Source of the DNA: Anolis carolinensis
Lineage: Eukaryota
DNA: 64,000 bases
Assembly (NCBI RefSeq): GCF_035594765.1
Contig: NC_085843.1
Coordinates: forward strand, 53,304,201-53,368,200
Reading direction: 5' to 3'
Below, piece after piece: positions 51,001 through 64,000 of this stretch; within the stretch, counting starts at the first letter, position 1; every line of letters starts with the position of its first letter. The notes beneath the pieces are model-generated. The model was not told the DNA's origin, ran no database searches, and worked only from the letters and a program-made list of their open reading frames with translations. The translations under genes were made by a program, and so were the position numbers.

Positions 51001-51394
51001 CATTGAAGAGACAATGGGATGAAACAAATCTCAGTGCAAATCACCCCAGGGAAAGTGCCACTTTAAGAAAGGTGCATAACTCTGTTTTAGTGGAAAGTGT
51101 CACCTTAAGAAAAATGCCTTAAATCTGCTTCCGTGGAAGGGTCTTGAAGGCAGTGTTGCCTTAAAGAATGCCTCTTTTTAAAATTGTGCTGGTATCCTTG
51201 AAATGGGAGGAGTCATCGTCTTTCCATGTAATGGGAATTAAGTGAATGGTTGAGTTAGAAGCTAGAGAAAGTGATTGTGTGATGGGAGTGAGTAAATTCT
51301 TCATTTTCTTTAAAAACAGAACACCATGAAACTCCATCCTTTTTCCCTGATTTCCCTCATTTTCTCCAGCTCCTTGTGATGAAATCCTTACAGT

Positions 51395-51468
51395 TACAAT
51401 CAGCCCTTTGAAGGCAACCATAAGACTGATGTAGCCTTGATGGAAATGTGTTTGACAGGGGTGGTCTA
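51395..51468 (+). mobile_element. hAT element 3' terminus (degenerate)
   Basis: gccctttgaaggcaaccataag.ctgatgt.gcc...aaatg.gtttgaca pattern typical of hAT right ends. Confidence 0.5.
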
Positions 51469-53970
51469 GAAAAAGAAAATAAGAGACATGGGATTCAAGG
51501 AAGCTATCTTATTTCCCCTTAAATTTTATCAGTTCTTATTTTTAAAGATATTTACCACTTTTCTGATGAAAATGAATCTATTGTAAAGAACATAATGGTT
51601 TCACCGACTGCAACCATATATTTAGCTAGAGATATATTGTGTATATGTAAACAGTATGCATGGGGGAAACTATCACAGTGTCATGTAGATTATTTTTGTA
51701 AAATCTATACACAAGAACAAATGTGTGTCTTCTGAATTCCTTTATTTTTCAGTCCTTAAAGCATAATTTTCTCCCATCAGTCTGAGAATCTGGCCTCCTG
51801 TGAGAAAACAACTGTGTTGGTTTAAATAAATCAGCTGGCAAGCTGGCATAGTTCAGGTTTCTACATTTAATCCCCCCCCCCCCAAAAAAAGAAGCTGGTC
51901 TACGATTTTGCATTGATTTCTGTCATATAGTTGTTTTCTTAATATACAGAATTAAGGATGAATCAGTTTTTAGAGCTGATTATATTGAATCTATTCAGTA
52001 ATTTTAGTATAAAATAATTGTTCAAATAGAATTTTTAAATCTACACATACATACACCTGTTTGATCTAAAGAAGACATGTGCCTCTAAGTCAACCCATTT
52101 TTTTCAACACAAAAAAGGAAGCATCAATTTTGTTAACTGGTTCTCCCTTCAGTTCCTGAACCTGATAATAAAATGTATAGATTAGGCTTGTACAATTCAG
52201 GCAAAAGGCATGCTGTTTCAGGGTCAATTTTCAGCTACCCCCTTATTCTGTTTACTGGGAAGTTACTTGAATCAGGAGGAGTGTTGCCATTTTCATTCAG
52301 CAAAGATTCAGCCCATTAGCTACAATAGGAAACTTTAAAGGCTCAATTATTTTAAGACTATCTGCATGAAACCTACCTCAGTTTTAGACCCCATTTACAA
52401 CTGCAGGCCTGCCAAGTTTTAGGACAATTCACCAATCTATTGATTTTTAGAATTATTTTAAGTTTTTACCATAACATTTTTAAAAATAAGACAAACGACA
52501 AAAGTGTGTTCTGGGAATTGTAGTTGCTGGTTGTGTCCATTCTGAGCCAATTGGAGCATGGACACAACTAGGCATTTTATTGGCTGGGAAACAGAGAGAG
52601 AGAGAAACTTCAACTCCCATCATGCTCCAAGAGGAACTCAGAGACTTTTCAATGCCCACCCCATGCAAGTGCTGCTGGGAAAGCAAGTTCCCAGCATGGC
52701 CCTCTCTGGAGAAGGAGCCAAAGGAACTTTTCCACTGCCAGGGAGGGAGAAAAAACCCTGCATGATCTTCTCCAGGAGCCCCCTGGAAGACCCCTGCCTC
52801 AGGTATAATGCACTTAACTCCATCCTCTCCAGTAGCCAATAAATCCAGCTCTCTTGATCCGTTTTGCCCAGCTTTTCAATTTCCTCCTCCCCATTCTGTT
52901 GTTTTGGATTACACAAAATGGACAACCGAATATTACAAATCACTTTTGATCAAACTGATCTGCCTATTATGGATTTGTTGTTCTATTCTTTATTAGGGTT
53001 TCCAGTATGTCATCTGCAGAGCAAACTGGACCAGAGAAACTAGGTATTCATGGCCTCATTCTGTATCACAGAAAAGGAAATGCAGATTGACAAAGTTTCC
53101 ATTGTCTACATATGTAGGCAGATACCACTTTAAGTTATATGCTTGGGATATTGTTTGTGTTCCTAATGTTACAAAAGTCATGTTTTAAGCAAGTAAGAAT
53201 GAGTACAAATATATTTTAAAAATAAAAAATGTGGAAAAGGTTTGAAAATATCTTAAGTATTTTCTGGAATATTTCTTTTTAAATATAGTATGACTCCATA
53301 TTCTCAAGACCAGTAGCCATGTCTGACAAAATGTGTCCTCTCTAAGCATCTTCTAGGTCCTTCAGTGCACTATATTGTATTTTTGAAAGTCCTTCATTTC
53401 AACAGAATTTGTTTGTAATTATCTGCAATTTTGCACATTCACATGAAGTCCAGGAATGAATCCCCTGTGGATATGGGAGCCACATTGTACTTAATTTGTA
53501 TTCAGATGATCCCCTATCTAAAATGGCTTTGCATGTAAACAACTACTGTATAGCCATTTTTGGTGGGTGAAATGTTAATCCACATAAGAAGGAGCAACCA
53601 CATTGTTTGCCTGATTGCCTATTCTTTTCTTTTCCTGTAAGATCCAGAATAAGGCAAGAGCCCCTCAGTCTGATTCCATTCCAGTAACTGTGCAACCAAA
53701 TCACATAAAATATTGGTGACATTTGCTGTAATTTGCTATGTGACATTATCATACTGCAAATTAGACTCAACGCAGAACATTTCTCTGAGTCTGATCTGGC
53801 TACATGGCAATGCCAAATAGCTAATGAGCCCAGACCACAATCTGGAAGTGGAGAAGAATTGAAAGGGATGAACAAATGAAGGTTTTCTGAAAACTCCTAA
53901 AATCCTTACTAACCCACACAAATTAAATAAAATTAAAATCTGTTTTGTTTTAGATATCTCATGCTCAATA

Positions 53971-54290
53971 CACTAGAGTCTCACTAATCCAAGCCTCACT
54001 TATCCAAGCCTCTGGATAATCCAAGCCATTTTTGTAGTCAATGTTTTCAATATTTTGTGATATTTTGGTGCTAAATTCGTAAATACAGTAACAACCTAAC
54101 ATTCCTGCGTATTGAACTACTTTTTCTGTCAAATTTGTTGTATAACATGATGTTTTGGTGCCTAATTTGTAAAATCATAACCTCATTTGATGTTTAATAG
54201 GCTTTTCCTTAATCCCTCCTTATTATCCAAGATATTCGCTTATCCAAGCCTCTGCTGGCCCGTTTAGCTTGGATAAGTGAGACTCTACTG
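53971..54290 (-). mobile_element. Tc1/mariner-type MITE, copy 3 (subtype B)
   Basis: Reverse-orientation copy; TA TSD. Confidence 0.92.
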
Positions 54291-57200
54291 TATATGCATA
54301 AAATAGACTGAATATCATATTAATTGTACTTAATGGCAGTGGTTTGAATTAAGGCTGAGTCAAAACTTCTCAATCAAACTTTTGTTTGTATATATATCCT
54401 TGCCTGGATTCAATGGGACAGAAAAGTGAACAAATTTGTCTATATTATGATTGCTATGTTCCTTTGTTACATATATTTTATGGAAGGTATTGGGAATTTG
54501 AATGATAGGAAGAGTTGAAAATGTGCACTGGGGCTGTTTAAATAAGCCACCAAAAGAAAATCCTTTGTTATACATAGTCAGTGACCTGAAACATTAGACT
54601 GTTGGTTCCTGGCTTGTTGATATGTTAATGTGAAGTAATTATTCCAATGAATTGAAGCTGAAAGTCAACATGTATATTCATTAATTCAGTATAAGCACTC
54701 TCATTGTTAATCACAGTTGGGAGATCTATTTTCAGCATGCAGATTGAGAACCTACCCATCATGCTTTGCCAACCATAACATTTGATCACTTTTAATGTTA
54801 TCTTTAAAAGTCCCAAGGAGGAAATATTTATGATAATATATCTAAGCATTCCATATTGCGAAAAGAGAGGAAAATAATTATATCGCATATCTCTTACTTT
54901 CAATCAAGAATGAATGCAATATAGCATTTATTATAAACTACAGAGTGTAATTTCACACCACTGTAGTATTTGGGGAATTATACTAAACACTAGAATAATT
55001 CTCAGTTTTGTAATCAGGAAGCATTACTTTAATTAAACCTTTAATGCATTATGAATATCTCATTTCTGCTATGCATAGGGAAAACTATGATTTCAAGGTT
55101 CATTTCAATAAACAAAGGTTAATGGATGTGATCCTTTGGAAGAACTTTTATAGCATTTATATCTGCATCATCTTCATTTAGCTGTAAAAGTCTGGTAGTC
55201 CTGCTGGATAGCACTGATTTGGCTATTTTCCCTGAACATATTTAGATCAGCAAAATGTGCAAAGAGAAAGTTTTCATCAATTTTGTAATGAGGTCCATAT
55301 GTGCTCTTTTTTCTCCTTCAGCATTGGCATTCATTACGGTATAATTCAAGTTGGTTTTAGTTAAAATTAAATCTATTGATACTCAACAATAATGGCAAAA
55401 CATGTTTCCCATAAGCTCAAAAATGCTATCCCTAAGTTTTGCGGAACTTACTAGATCCACAATGATTGTGCTAACTATGATTGCCTAATGACAAACCTGT
55501 CCTGCAAAACAGTAATCAGATGTAGACTTTGATTTCCTACAGACCATCACATTTGTTTGTGTTGGCATGAGAAATGGCCTAGTTCTGGATGTGGCACTTG
55601 CCCTTTGCAACCAGCTTATAATGTGCTGGGTAGATCCTGGGATTCCTCAGTTTACTAGACTGTGAGAGTTGAGAGCATGGAAAAGTTATTTAGATGAGTC
55701 TCTTAAAAAGAGGAGTCTCAACTGATGTAGTGGATGCTTTACACAGAAAAGGTATGTTTGTCATGCCATCCCTTCTGCTTAGTTCTAAATTTCAAAGATG
55801 AGAATGTATAGCAGCTTCCCAACCCATGTACTTTTAACAAAATCAATGTTATAGTTGCTTTAAAGTCTGAGAACAAAAAATAATTTCTTACAATTATATT
55901 GTCAGAGCACCTATATTTCTAGTGATAATAACCTATAAAAACAAACCACAATAAATAATACCAAGGTACATCTTTTTACTGGTTGAGTCTTGAATGCATT
56001 CAAAAGTAGGCTGTACTTAATTTGCTAGTTGAGTCAGTAGGAATTTATCTTAAGGGTTCCCATGTGTGAAGTGACTCTGCAAGTTACATAAAGATTGTCC
56101 ATTTTTATTTAGATACCTCCTGATTAATTTCCTTGTTGCAGTAGGTACACAGTATATATATTGGAAGAAACACAGCTTGTGGGTTTTTTTTAATTTATTC
56201 ATTAATTACTTTATTATAGTGGAAAAACCAGATGCTTTAATTCTAGACAGTACCAAGTTTCCTTTGCTGTATATCGCCACAATAAATCTCTCATATACTC
56301 TATATACAGCTTAATTTGTTCTTGGACTTTTAAAGTGCAAATTATTCTTTTCAGTGTGTCCATTCTCTGAAGTGCATATTGTTTTCATCCTGTAGTAATT
56401 ATTCAGAAGACTTATTTCATGGAGACTGTATTAATGTAGTACTTTGAGGTTTGGCCTCCCCATGAAAATATTTGAAGTATTCTTTTTACAGACCAAGCCT
56501 AATGCTATGGTTTTCAATTACTTAGTCCATAGCTTAATGAATCTTTCAACTCATTTTAAGCTTGTTTCTATGCCACCTGCTCCCAGCTTGTGTTCCCAGA
56601 TTCCCTTGCACATCGCAAGAATGCTAATGAGAACATGAACTAGGACTTTTGTAGACTCTGGGTGGAGAAAAAGTATAATAGAGCTGAGATATTTTGAATC
56701 ACATTGTTCTCGAAACAGATTTAACAAAAAGCAACAACGCTAAACATTACAACAAGCTTCCCCAGAAGACATTTCAAATCCATTATTAAATGAAAATGGA
56801 ACCTGTCTTGTTAGCTTTGTTTCCTATTTCAAGTTCTTTGTATATTCAAACTCAAAAGAATGCCACAACAGTTGGCCCTAGTTTGAATTCACAAATGCCT
56901 CACATTAAATCAACCATATGAAATGTAGGCTGTACCTTTTTCCCCTCTCCCTGGTCATCAGGATTAATATAAATTAGGTTACATTAAAAGCAATTTAGCA
57001 ACAAAACCAAAATAGTTGTAATGAATTCATGCAGAAGATCACTGTCTATCCAGGGTGTGACCTCATAATTAGATTTGCATGGTTCTTTACTCATTCTTTG
57101 AAAAGATCTAATGGCTTTCTAAAGCATCCACCCCCAGCTCCCTTTTTAAGTACTCTGGTTAACTAGAGAATGACTGCCTGCTGAATTCAGAAAACATAGT

Positions 57201-57876
57201 TGAATGCTATATTTATCTGACAGCATACATTCAGCTCTAATTCAATGCAGTGTCCAGGAACATTTTTTATAAAGTAAGTCAACTGCACACCACAGCATCC
57301 CAATTGTTTGCATAGAATGAGTAAACATTAAAACATCATCAGTGGCATAATTCTTATTTGCAGATATGCAGAATCTTTGGCAATAGGCGACACACCCATT
57401 TTTGCAGCCAACCATTCAGAACTGGAAATATTTTACACACTCCAGCATGTTAACATAGTCTCTCACCTCAGCAATAGCAAAGTCAGTATAATAGAAAATG
57501 CCAACAAAGATGCGCTGCTGCATCAGTATATCAGACAGATATGTCATATCCCAAATTCTTTAGATTATTACAGATGGTGAGGGCATGAATCTTGATTTGA
57601 TGATGAGAGGAGAAGTATCAGCAATAACAGATTTTAATTATCTAACACCAATCAGACACTGAGACATATAATCAAGTAGAAGTAGCATGGTTACTGTTAT
57701 TAACTAATGATTTATACATACCCACAAGTAAAGAGATCTTTGCATGCTTTGGATTCCCATGGATCCCTGGATAACTTTGCTTATATTACCGACACAAAAA
57801 GTCAAAATGAAATCATTGAGGAATACCCCATTGATGGTATGTCTTCATTAAAAGCACTGTTCCCTCCTACACACAG

Positions 57877-58060
57877 GGGCCTCATCTACACTGCCATATA
57901 ATCCAGTTTGAACTGCATTATAATGGTCAGTGTTGACTCATATCATGCAGATTGAACCACATTGACACTGGATTATATGAGTCTATACTTTCACATTATC
58001 CAGTTCAAAGCAGTTAATCTGCATTCTGAAACTTGATTATATAGAAGTGTAGAGGTGGCC
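57877..58060. mobile_element. Harbinger-like palindromic MITE
   Basis: ggcctcatctacactgccatataatc / gattatatagaagtgtagaggtggcc. Confidence 0.75.
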
Positions 58061-58338
58061 AGTGATACTTATTTTAGTTCAATTTAAACTGTATCCATAT
58101 ATTGACACATAGGAACTCTTTTCAGTGCATACACCAAAATATAATTCAGAAATGGTATAAGTAAGAACAGTTCAATAATGAGTAGATCTATAGTCCCAAG
58201 GCAGGACCAAAGCAGTGTGTGAGATTATATATGATTCTTATCAATTTGGGCATTTGCCTATCAAACACACAAAGCACAGTTTAATTTTACCTATACTCCA
58301 GTGCAAGAATTTTTTGTGTGTTTCTTGAAGAAAATAAT

Positions 58339-58637
58339 GGTGACATGATAGCCATCTTTTAAGTATCTGAAGGGATGTCATGTAAAAGTTTTGCAAGCTT
58401 GTTTTCTGCTCCAAGGACTTGAATAAGAACCTATGGATTCAAATTGGAAGAATTTCATTTGGAGAAAAAGACTGACAATAAATTCCTGACAAAAAGAAAA
58501 TGAAATGGATGGTTTCATTGGGGATCTTTAAACAGAGGCTGAATAACTGTTTCTCAGGAGTGTTTTAGCTATCTATTCCTGCATGATAAGTGAACTGAGC
58601 AGATGCAACCTCTGTCAGCTCTGTGATTCTTTGATTC
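58339..58637 (+). mobile_element. Old CR1 3' end
   Basis: gacatgatagcc, gcttgttttctg, ttaaacagaggctg and a gattct tail, colinear with 36840-37185. Confidence 0.7.
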
Positions 58638-59108
58638 CAAGGGGTGCAAAACACATAAAATCACTCTCGTGTAGAACTTCCTAGATTGCAAACAAAAACT
58701 CAGTCCCATGCATATATACATTAGTCAGTTTCAGGCAACATCTTCCTAGGATTAGGATGATGATAGTGATCATTTATAACACCCCTTTCACCAAAGTGCA
58801 GAATATGAAACATATGCAATCAAAGACAAAGAGAAAAAAGCATTACAGTATAAATATAGATAAGACCTCCAGAAGTCACTAAAGGAAAACGGTTCCACAG
58901 ATGTAGAGCCAGATCTTGAAATGAAATAAAAGAGAAAGGAACAAAACCAGAAAAAAGAGTTCCCCAATATTCCCAGTGATGATTTAAACATGTCCTTATC
59001 TCTGATCACAGTATGAAGATAAAAACAGAAGTTACTTGTGGGTCAGAGGCCCACCTGCAGCCTTCAGGATAGAGGCTCTCCTGTTTCTAAATTGAAACTA
59101 TGGATATA

Positions 59109-59420
59109 CAGTATAGTCTCACTTATCCAACATAAACGGGCCGGCAGAACGTTGGATAAGCGAATATGTTGGATAACAAGAAGAGATTAAGGAGAAGCCT
59201 ATTAAACACCAAATTAAGTTATGATTTTACAAATTAAGCACCAAAACATCATGTTGTACAACAAATTTGACAGAAAAAGTAGTTCAATATGCAGTAATGC
59301 TACATAATAATTACTGTATTTACTAATTTAGTACCAAAATATCACGATGTATTAAAAACATTGACGTTGGATAATCCAGAACGTTGGATAAGCAAATGTT
59401 GGATAAGTGAGACTCTACTG
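59109..59420 (+). mobile_element. Tc1/mariner-type MITE, copy 4 (subtype A)
   Basis: TIRs and TA TSD. Confidence 0.92.
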
Positions 59421-59632
59421 TATCTACACTATAGAATGAATGCAATTTAGCACTGCTTTAACTGTCATAATTCAATGGGATCATGGGAGCTGAAGTTTTA
59501 CAAGGTATTTAGCCTTCTCTGTCAAAGAGTGCCGGTTCCTCGCCAAACTACAATACCCATGATTTCACAGTATTATGACATGGCAGTTAAAGTGGTGTTG
59601 CACGGCATTTAATTCTACAGTGCAGATGCACC
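59421..59632. mobile_element. Harbinger-like MITE whose left TIR was hit by MITE copy 4
   Basis: atctacactatagaat.aatgc / gcatttaattctacagtgcagatgcacc. Confidence 0.7.
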
Positions 59633-59951
59633 GTTAGGGAAGCAAACAACAGGCTATACAAGAATCATTGTTCATTTCTGTGCTAGAAGTGATAGTACTG
59701 AAATAGATGTAATACATTAATATTGAGTGTGACCATTTCCTAATATATATTTTTTTAATCTCACAAACTAAATATGCTGGCACGGCAATGCCAGGAGATT
59801 TAAGCCTTTTCTTGCACTACAAGTTTGTAAGGTAGCTTCTCTCAGGTTGCAATTATAGGGCTAACAACTTGGCAATCATCAACAGGAATCTTTAGACCCG
59901 CCCCTTTTCCCAGGATTTTGGAGGGAAAGGGGGGATTTTGCCCAGTCTCAC

Positions 59952-60424
59952 TGTTAGAAGCCTAATAGCAGGACGTGTGGGATTCTCTTTCCCACCTGCA
60001 AAAAGCTTCACCGTCTTTGTGGAGTAAATCAAAAGGACACCTTCCAGTTTGACAGAATCTGCAGCAACCTTGCCTGGTAAGGGACCACTCAGACTATCAA
60101 TAATGCAGCTTGGAGCTGGGAGTAGGGGCCTCACGCCAGCAAGGTAGAGAAAGATTGCCCAGGGAGGGGTCAGAAGATTTCCCAAAGGTAAAAGGAAACA
60201 GTTTACCAACAGTTGCCTGCCCTTGATAGCAGATTGAGAAAGCTATCGATTTTCCAAGGTTTTAAAGCATTTGTTTGAAGATTTAAGCCCAAATAAAGAA
60301 CTTTGTTGAACTTATTTTGAGCCTCAATAGAACTTTGTGTTGGGAAATCTAAGGGACCCTTCAGCTGAGGCACCCCGGCGTCCTGTAAACAGTCATTCTT
60401 ACAGGCCCAGCATGCGACAGCACA
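59952..60424 (+). mobile_element. Probable solo LTR
   Basis: TG start, AATAAA at ~60292 followed by a U5-like tract ending in CA, CpG retained. Boundaries and TSD are uncertain. Confidence 0.45.
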
Positions 60425-61184
60425 CTAAATATATTGTGCTTTCACTAGAAGAGCAGTTTAGACAGATGGAAAATAGCCACTATAATATCATATAGCTGTA
60501 CATGGAGCCTGTATACTCATTCCTCTTTGATCACCAGAAAAGCAGAATCTTAATGACTATTACATAGATATAGTCTGTTTGTTATAAGTCACTGTAACTA
60601 CGCTTCATGGGAAAAAAAATTAATTTAAAATAGGATTTACTTTCAGGCGCATGATTCTCCATTGTTTCATTTATTAAACTCCTCTTTGGAATAACAAAGA
60701 GTGCCATCATCACTATCACTTCCATCCAGAAGGATGTACAGCTGCTATAACTAGTTGTCCTGCCAGCAGAAAACCCTCAAATGGAACTGGGAGAGTTAGC
60801 CTTGGATTTGCTCAATGTAAAGCTGCTCTATTCCTCGAAATAGGCCCAGTCAAGGACCATAAACTAATCAAGCTATAATTTTGACTAGCATAATTCCTTC
60901 CTTTTGTAACCAACATGCCAGATAGAATCTGACCATTATTTAAAATCAACATCCACTACATTAAAAAGCAGTCTTCTGGCCTTTAACCCTGGCATGCACA
61001 TTAGATTGGAATTTACTTCTAAATAAAAATGCTGTTAATGACTACTGCAATTCTGTATATAGTTGGCATGTGAAAAGCAGATCTAAACTGTGTGCACAGG
61101 TTCTCCCCCAACTTCCCCACACTGATACAATTTTTAAATCAGAACTGATATATATCCACACTCCAGATGTGGACTCTATAAATA

Positions 61185-61507
61185 CAGTAGAGTCTCACTT
61201 ATCCAACATAAATGGACCAGCAGAATGTTGGATAAGCGAATATGTTGGATAATAAGGAGAGATTAAGGAAAAGCCTATTAAACATCAAATTAAATTATGA
61301 TTCTACAAATTAAGCACCAAAATATCATGTTATACAACAAATTTGACAGAAAAAGTAGTTCAATATATGGTAATGCTATGTAGTAATTACTGTATTTACA
61401 AATTTAGTACCAAAATATCATGATGTATTGAAAACATTGTCTACAAAAATGCAATGGATAATCCAGAATGTTGGATAAGCGAATGTTGGATAAGTGAGAC
61501 TCTACTG
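61185..61507 (+). mobile_element. Tc1/mariner-type MITE, copy 5 (subtype A)
   Basis: TIRs and TA TSD. Confidence 0.92.
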
Positions 61508-61851
61508 TATAATATGTATCATGTAAAACACTGGATGGTTCAGCCAAATAGGTAATGTACTCATTAGGTAAAGAAAAGCCAGACAATCAATACTTCCCCC
61601 TGTGGAATGATCAACTGGGTGAGTAAGGCAATGTGGGGCATGGAGCGACAGGTTCCCCATACCCCCTGACATGAACTGCTGGAATTGCCACAGTGTGTGC
61701 CGATTCTGGCGGCCTTTAGATGAAGTTGTTAAACAGATGCATAGCAATGCCTTTTTCCAAGTTGGCTTATAGCCTGGCTAGGATGTTAGATGAAGAAATT
61801 GTATGTGTCATGGTCAACAGGAACAACCTATGATTAAGCCACAGCAGCAAC

Positions 61852-61853
61852 TT

Positions 61854-61884
<31 letters not shown>

Positions 61885-62040
61885 CAGTATTTATATTCTC
61901 CCTTCTCACTCCAAAGGGGACTCAGGGCAGATCATAGAAAACATATACAGCACACGTTCAATGCCGATTATAACAATGCCAAGATAGAGGCTGTTTAACT
62001 GCATAGACTTTCCCATCTTTCAGCATCTTTGGAAGCTAAG
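61852..62040 (-). mobile_element. L2 3' tail with (TTTA)n
   Basis: (ttta)n-cagtatttatatt..cccttctcac.cc.aaggggactcagggc. Confidence 0.8.
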
Positions 62041-63034
62041 CAAACTTTTGCGATGGTTGTGGTGCTAGGAAGGACCATATCACTTGTAAACCTAGATATT
62101 TTTTTTAAAAAAATAGAAAGATTTAGAAACTAGTTTTTATTACCAAAACTTCACTGGGGAGGGGGCAACGACAATGTTAGCCCAAAATGTTTTTTTCTGT
62201 CATATTTTTATCAGTTTTCAGGTCTAGCATTGTAAATTAACCTGTCAGCTCCCTGACTATGATTTCACAATATTTCAGTACATCATTTGTGACAACCTTT
62301 GTATAAAGAATGTCTATTTAACTGCATAATGTTCCCCTGTGGTAGCAAATGTCATGCATACATGCACATTTTATTCACCAGCAGAACTCATCCTGTACCC
62401 TGTACTTTAACTTTCATCTTTAATGTTTCAAATATTCTAACATGTAAAATATTAATTCCTGCTTAAAGAATGAAATTTCTGATAAACCTTGCATTTCATG
62501 GATTGTATTTAAAAGAACTGTCTGCAGAAATGATTCAATGGATTTTATGTGGCATGTGCTTGACAGTCAAACTGAAGCAGCAATTATACTCTTTCTGTCA
62601 CACATATTTCCAGCATTTATTATTAATTTTTGGTGTAAGAGGATTTTTGCTCTATTCCCACTTAAGCTTTTGTTTTCAGCTTTTCGTATAATAAGCAGTA
62701 TGTGCCATCATACTTTTAATTTTCATGCCAAGTAGAGACTGACAGCTGGGAAACAATATGCAAACTGTATTTACATCTTTTCCAAAACTGCAAGAAGGGG
62801 AAAATGTTCAAGTCACCATGTTTTACATTTCCTCATGAAAACTTTTCCCTAGCATTAACATGCATGCAATAAGGGGGGAAGTTCACATTTACTTAGATAT
62901 ATGCAGGAAATGTAGGATTTAGTATGGGCATCTCTTCACCCTCCATGTTACAGAAATTTCTTGCATGTTTTGATTAATAAGCTGATCCATCCTAAAATAA
63001 ACTTCTCTTTTGTTTTTGATTGTAAAAACCTGTT

Positions 63035-63262
63035 TTGTGTGTTATAGTCCAAGTTATTTCCAATTTATGGTGGCTCTGATGCAAACCTAGAATGGGATTT
63101 TCTTGGTGATAGTTGTTTGGAATGGATTTTCCTTAGCCTTTCTCTGAGGCTGACAGAATATGATTTATTCAGTCACCCAGTGGATTCCCTGCCCAAGCAG
63201 AAATTGGATCCTGGTGTTCAGATCTGTAGTCCAACATTAAAACCATGGCACCTTGTTAGCCC
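63035..63262 (-). mobile_element. Old tRNA-derived squamate SINE
   Basis: gggattttcttgg...tctctgaggctga.agaat.tga...gtcacccagtgg, plus a degenerate B-box at ~63200. Confidence 0.55.
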
Positions 63263-64000
63263 TCTATTGGAACAGTGTATATAGCCTAATAAATATTTCA
63301 TAAGCATTTTATATCATGCAATGTAAATGTATACATATACTCTTTTATTCTAGAAGGATGAATCTCTTTATAGATGATTCAGATTATGCAAAAGAATACA
63401 AGTTTAATCAGGTTAAAAGAAATTGAAATATGATTCTTTTTTTAAACTAGGGCATCTTCTGTCTTCTTGTCTCTTTTCCTGATTTAATCAGGATGTTAGA
63501 GAATACTGAATGTTGATGTATGGGATTATGCTTTTTGTCCTGGCAAATAGAAATGATACAATAGATTGCAAATCTAGTCAATTGACAGTTGCCTAGGAAA
63601 TGAAATATTGACTTTGGACAAATTTATACTGGGGGGAATTCAAATCACATCATTGTTAAATTACTTGCATTTTCTTGAGAAAGGAGTATTGAAAAAGTTC
63701 AGCCACTTTGTTTTATGATATTATTCAAAAATATCATACATACAAAGAACTGTGAAAGTAACACTTTGTGCTGATAGATGTAATGTGTATTTCTTCTAGG
63801 ATGACCATATGGTACTCATATCGACTACATGCAATATACTACAAGGTTACATTCTACATTCCATCTTTAATCAGCACAAATGGTTACTTTTGCAGTTCTT
63901 TACATGTAGAATATTATTGAATAATATATAACAAACATACATGTAGAATATTTTTTCATTTATGGTATAATAAATAATATCATATGGCAAAAAACTTTGG

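Noticed and set aside
50578-51044. Six overlapping ORFs of 72-149 aa
   Set aside because: Expected from a GC-rich palindromic patch with few stop codons; no recognisable domain or splice structure.

Overview
AT-rich, repeat-dense eukaryotic DNA. The repeat set (Sauria SINEs, squamate CR1, L2, RTE/BovB, Penelope, R4/Dong, and many Tc1/pogo, hAT and Harbinger MITEs) points to a squamate reptile, most likely Anolis. I can support no host protein-coding exon, so the window is probably intronic or intergenic. The main feature is a full-length R4/Dong-clade non-LTR retrotransposon of about 3.65 kb (17151-20796, minus strand), inserted in a (TAA)n microsatellite. Its single ORF of about 1137 aa (Myb-like, RT, CCHC, restriction-like endonuclease) is broken by only one nonsense codon and one +1 frameshift. 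Its extreme 5' end can be hand-folded into an HDV-like self-cleaving ribozyme resembling the trypanosome L1Tc/ingi Pr77 ribozyme, with a compensatory P1.1 pair. Other points of interest: two Penelope-derived minimal hammerhead motifs; a solo LTR nested in a full-length Sauria SINE, whose first 87 codons are open and end in an HMGN-like RRSxRI motif; a 97-nt GC-rich palindrome with twin NRF1-like sites; an LTR-like element with 39-bp terminal inverted repeats; and an ERV-like segment with clustered hairpins. Family names come from my recollection of consensus sequences, not from database searches.
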